Below are positions 63,653-64,000 of a DNA stretch of 64,000 nt, piece after piece. Position numbers and translations under genes: made by a program. A model generated the notes under the pieces. The model saw only the letters and a list, made by a program, of their open reading frames with translations, did not search any database and had not been told where the DNA came from. Within the stretch, counting starts at the first letter, position 1, and each line of letters starts with the position of its first letter. Source of the DNA: Raja brachyura (taxonomy: Eukaryota); NCBI GenBank assembly GCA_963514005.1, contig OY740812.1, positions 10,602,001 to 10,666,000 of the forward strand, given 5' to 3'.

Positions 63653-64000
63653 CGCCTTCGCTCAGCCCGCGTGAACCAACATGATCTCCCGGTTGCTGGA
63701 CACTTTAATTTTCCTTCCCATTCCTACACAGACCTTTCTGTCCTAGGTCTCCTCCATTGTCAGAGATAAGCTAAACGCAAATTGGAGGAACAGCATCTCA
63801 TATTTTGCATGGGCAGCTTACAGCCCAGTGGTATGAATACTGATTTCCCTCACTTCAGGTGGCACCGGCATTCCCTCTCTCTCTATCCCTCCCCCACTCA
63901 AGTGGCTCTAGCTTCTCATTTTCACCCTACAAACAGCTTACAATGGCGTTTCCTTTATCATCGTTACTTTTTTGCATGTCTTCATTCATCGTTCTTTATC
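63653..64000 (+). mobile_element. Penelope-like element 3' part: GIY-YIG endonuclease C-terminal half (pseudo) plus UTR, running off the window
   Basis: RLRSARVNQHDLPVAGHFNFPSHSYTDLSVLGLLHCQR*AKRKLEEQHLIFCMGSLQPSGMNTDF carries the PVA.HF / R...E...I / L.P.G.N pattern of PLE GIY-YIG domains. In-frame stop at 63767-63769. Confidence 0.8.

Overview
Vertebrate nuclear DNA, most likely from a cartilaginous fish (skate/ray; inferred from the repeat families). The left end holds the 3' end of NSF (+): one clear 56-nt coding exon and up to three candidate terminal exons. Facing it tail-to-tail is WNT3 (-), with exons 2-4 at 45563-45804, 21765-22030 and 15213-15692. These have canonical splice sites and give a contiguous frame to the stop. 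WNT3 exon 1 was not found; it may lie beyond the window or in the 273-N gap. The rest is intron/intergenic DNA rich in retroelements: young and old CR1-clade LINE 3' fragments, tRNA-derived SINEs, a decayed Ty3/Gypsy pol, and roughly 30 pieces of a Penelope-like element (PLE). The two most interesting signals are predicted ribozymes. (1) A ~404-bp non-coding, TSD-flanked RTE-type mini-element whose first base is exactly the predicted cleavage G of an HDV-like nested pseudoknot (29461-29599). (2) PLE terminal repeats with a minimal hammerhead core (CUGAAGA-stem II-GAAA-CG-UC), often inserted as TSD-flanked fold-back palindromes. All structures were read by eye and none has been folded computationally or tested. 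Repeat boundaries are approximate.
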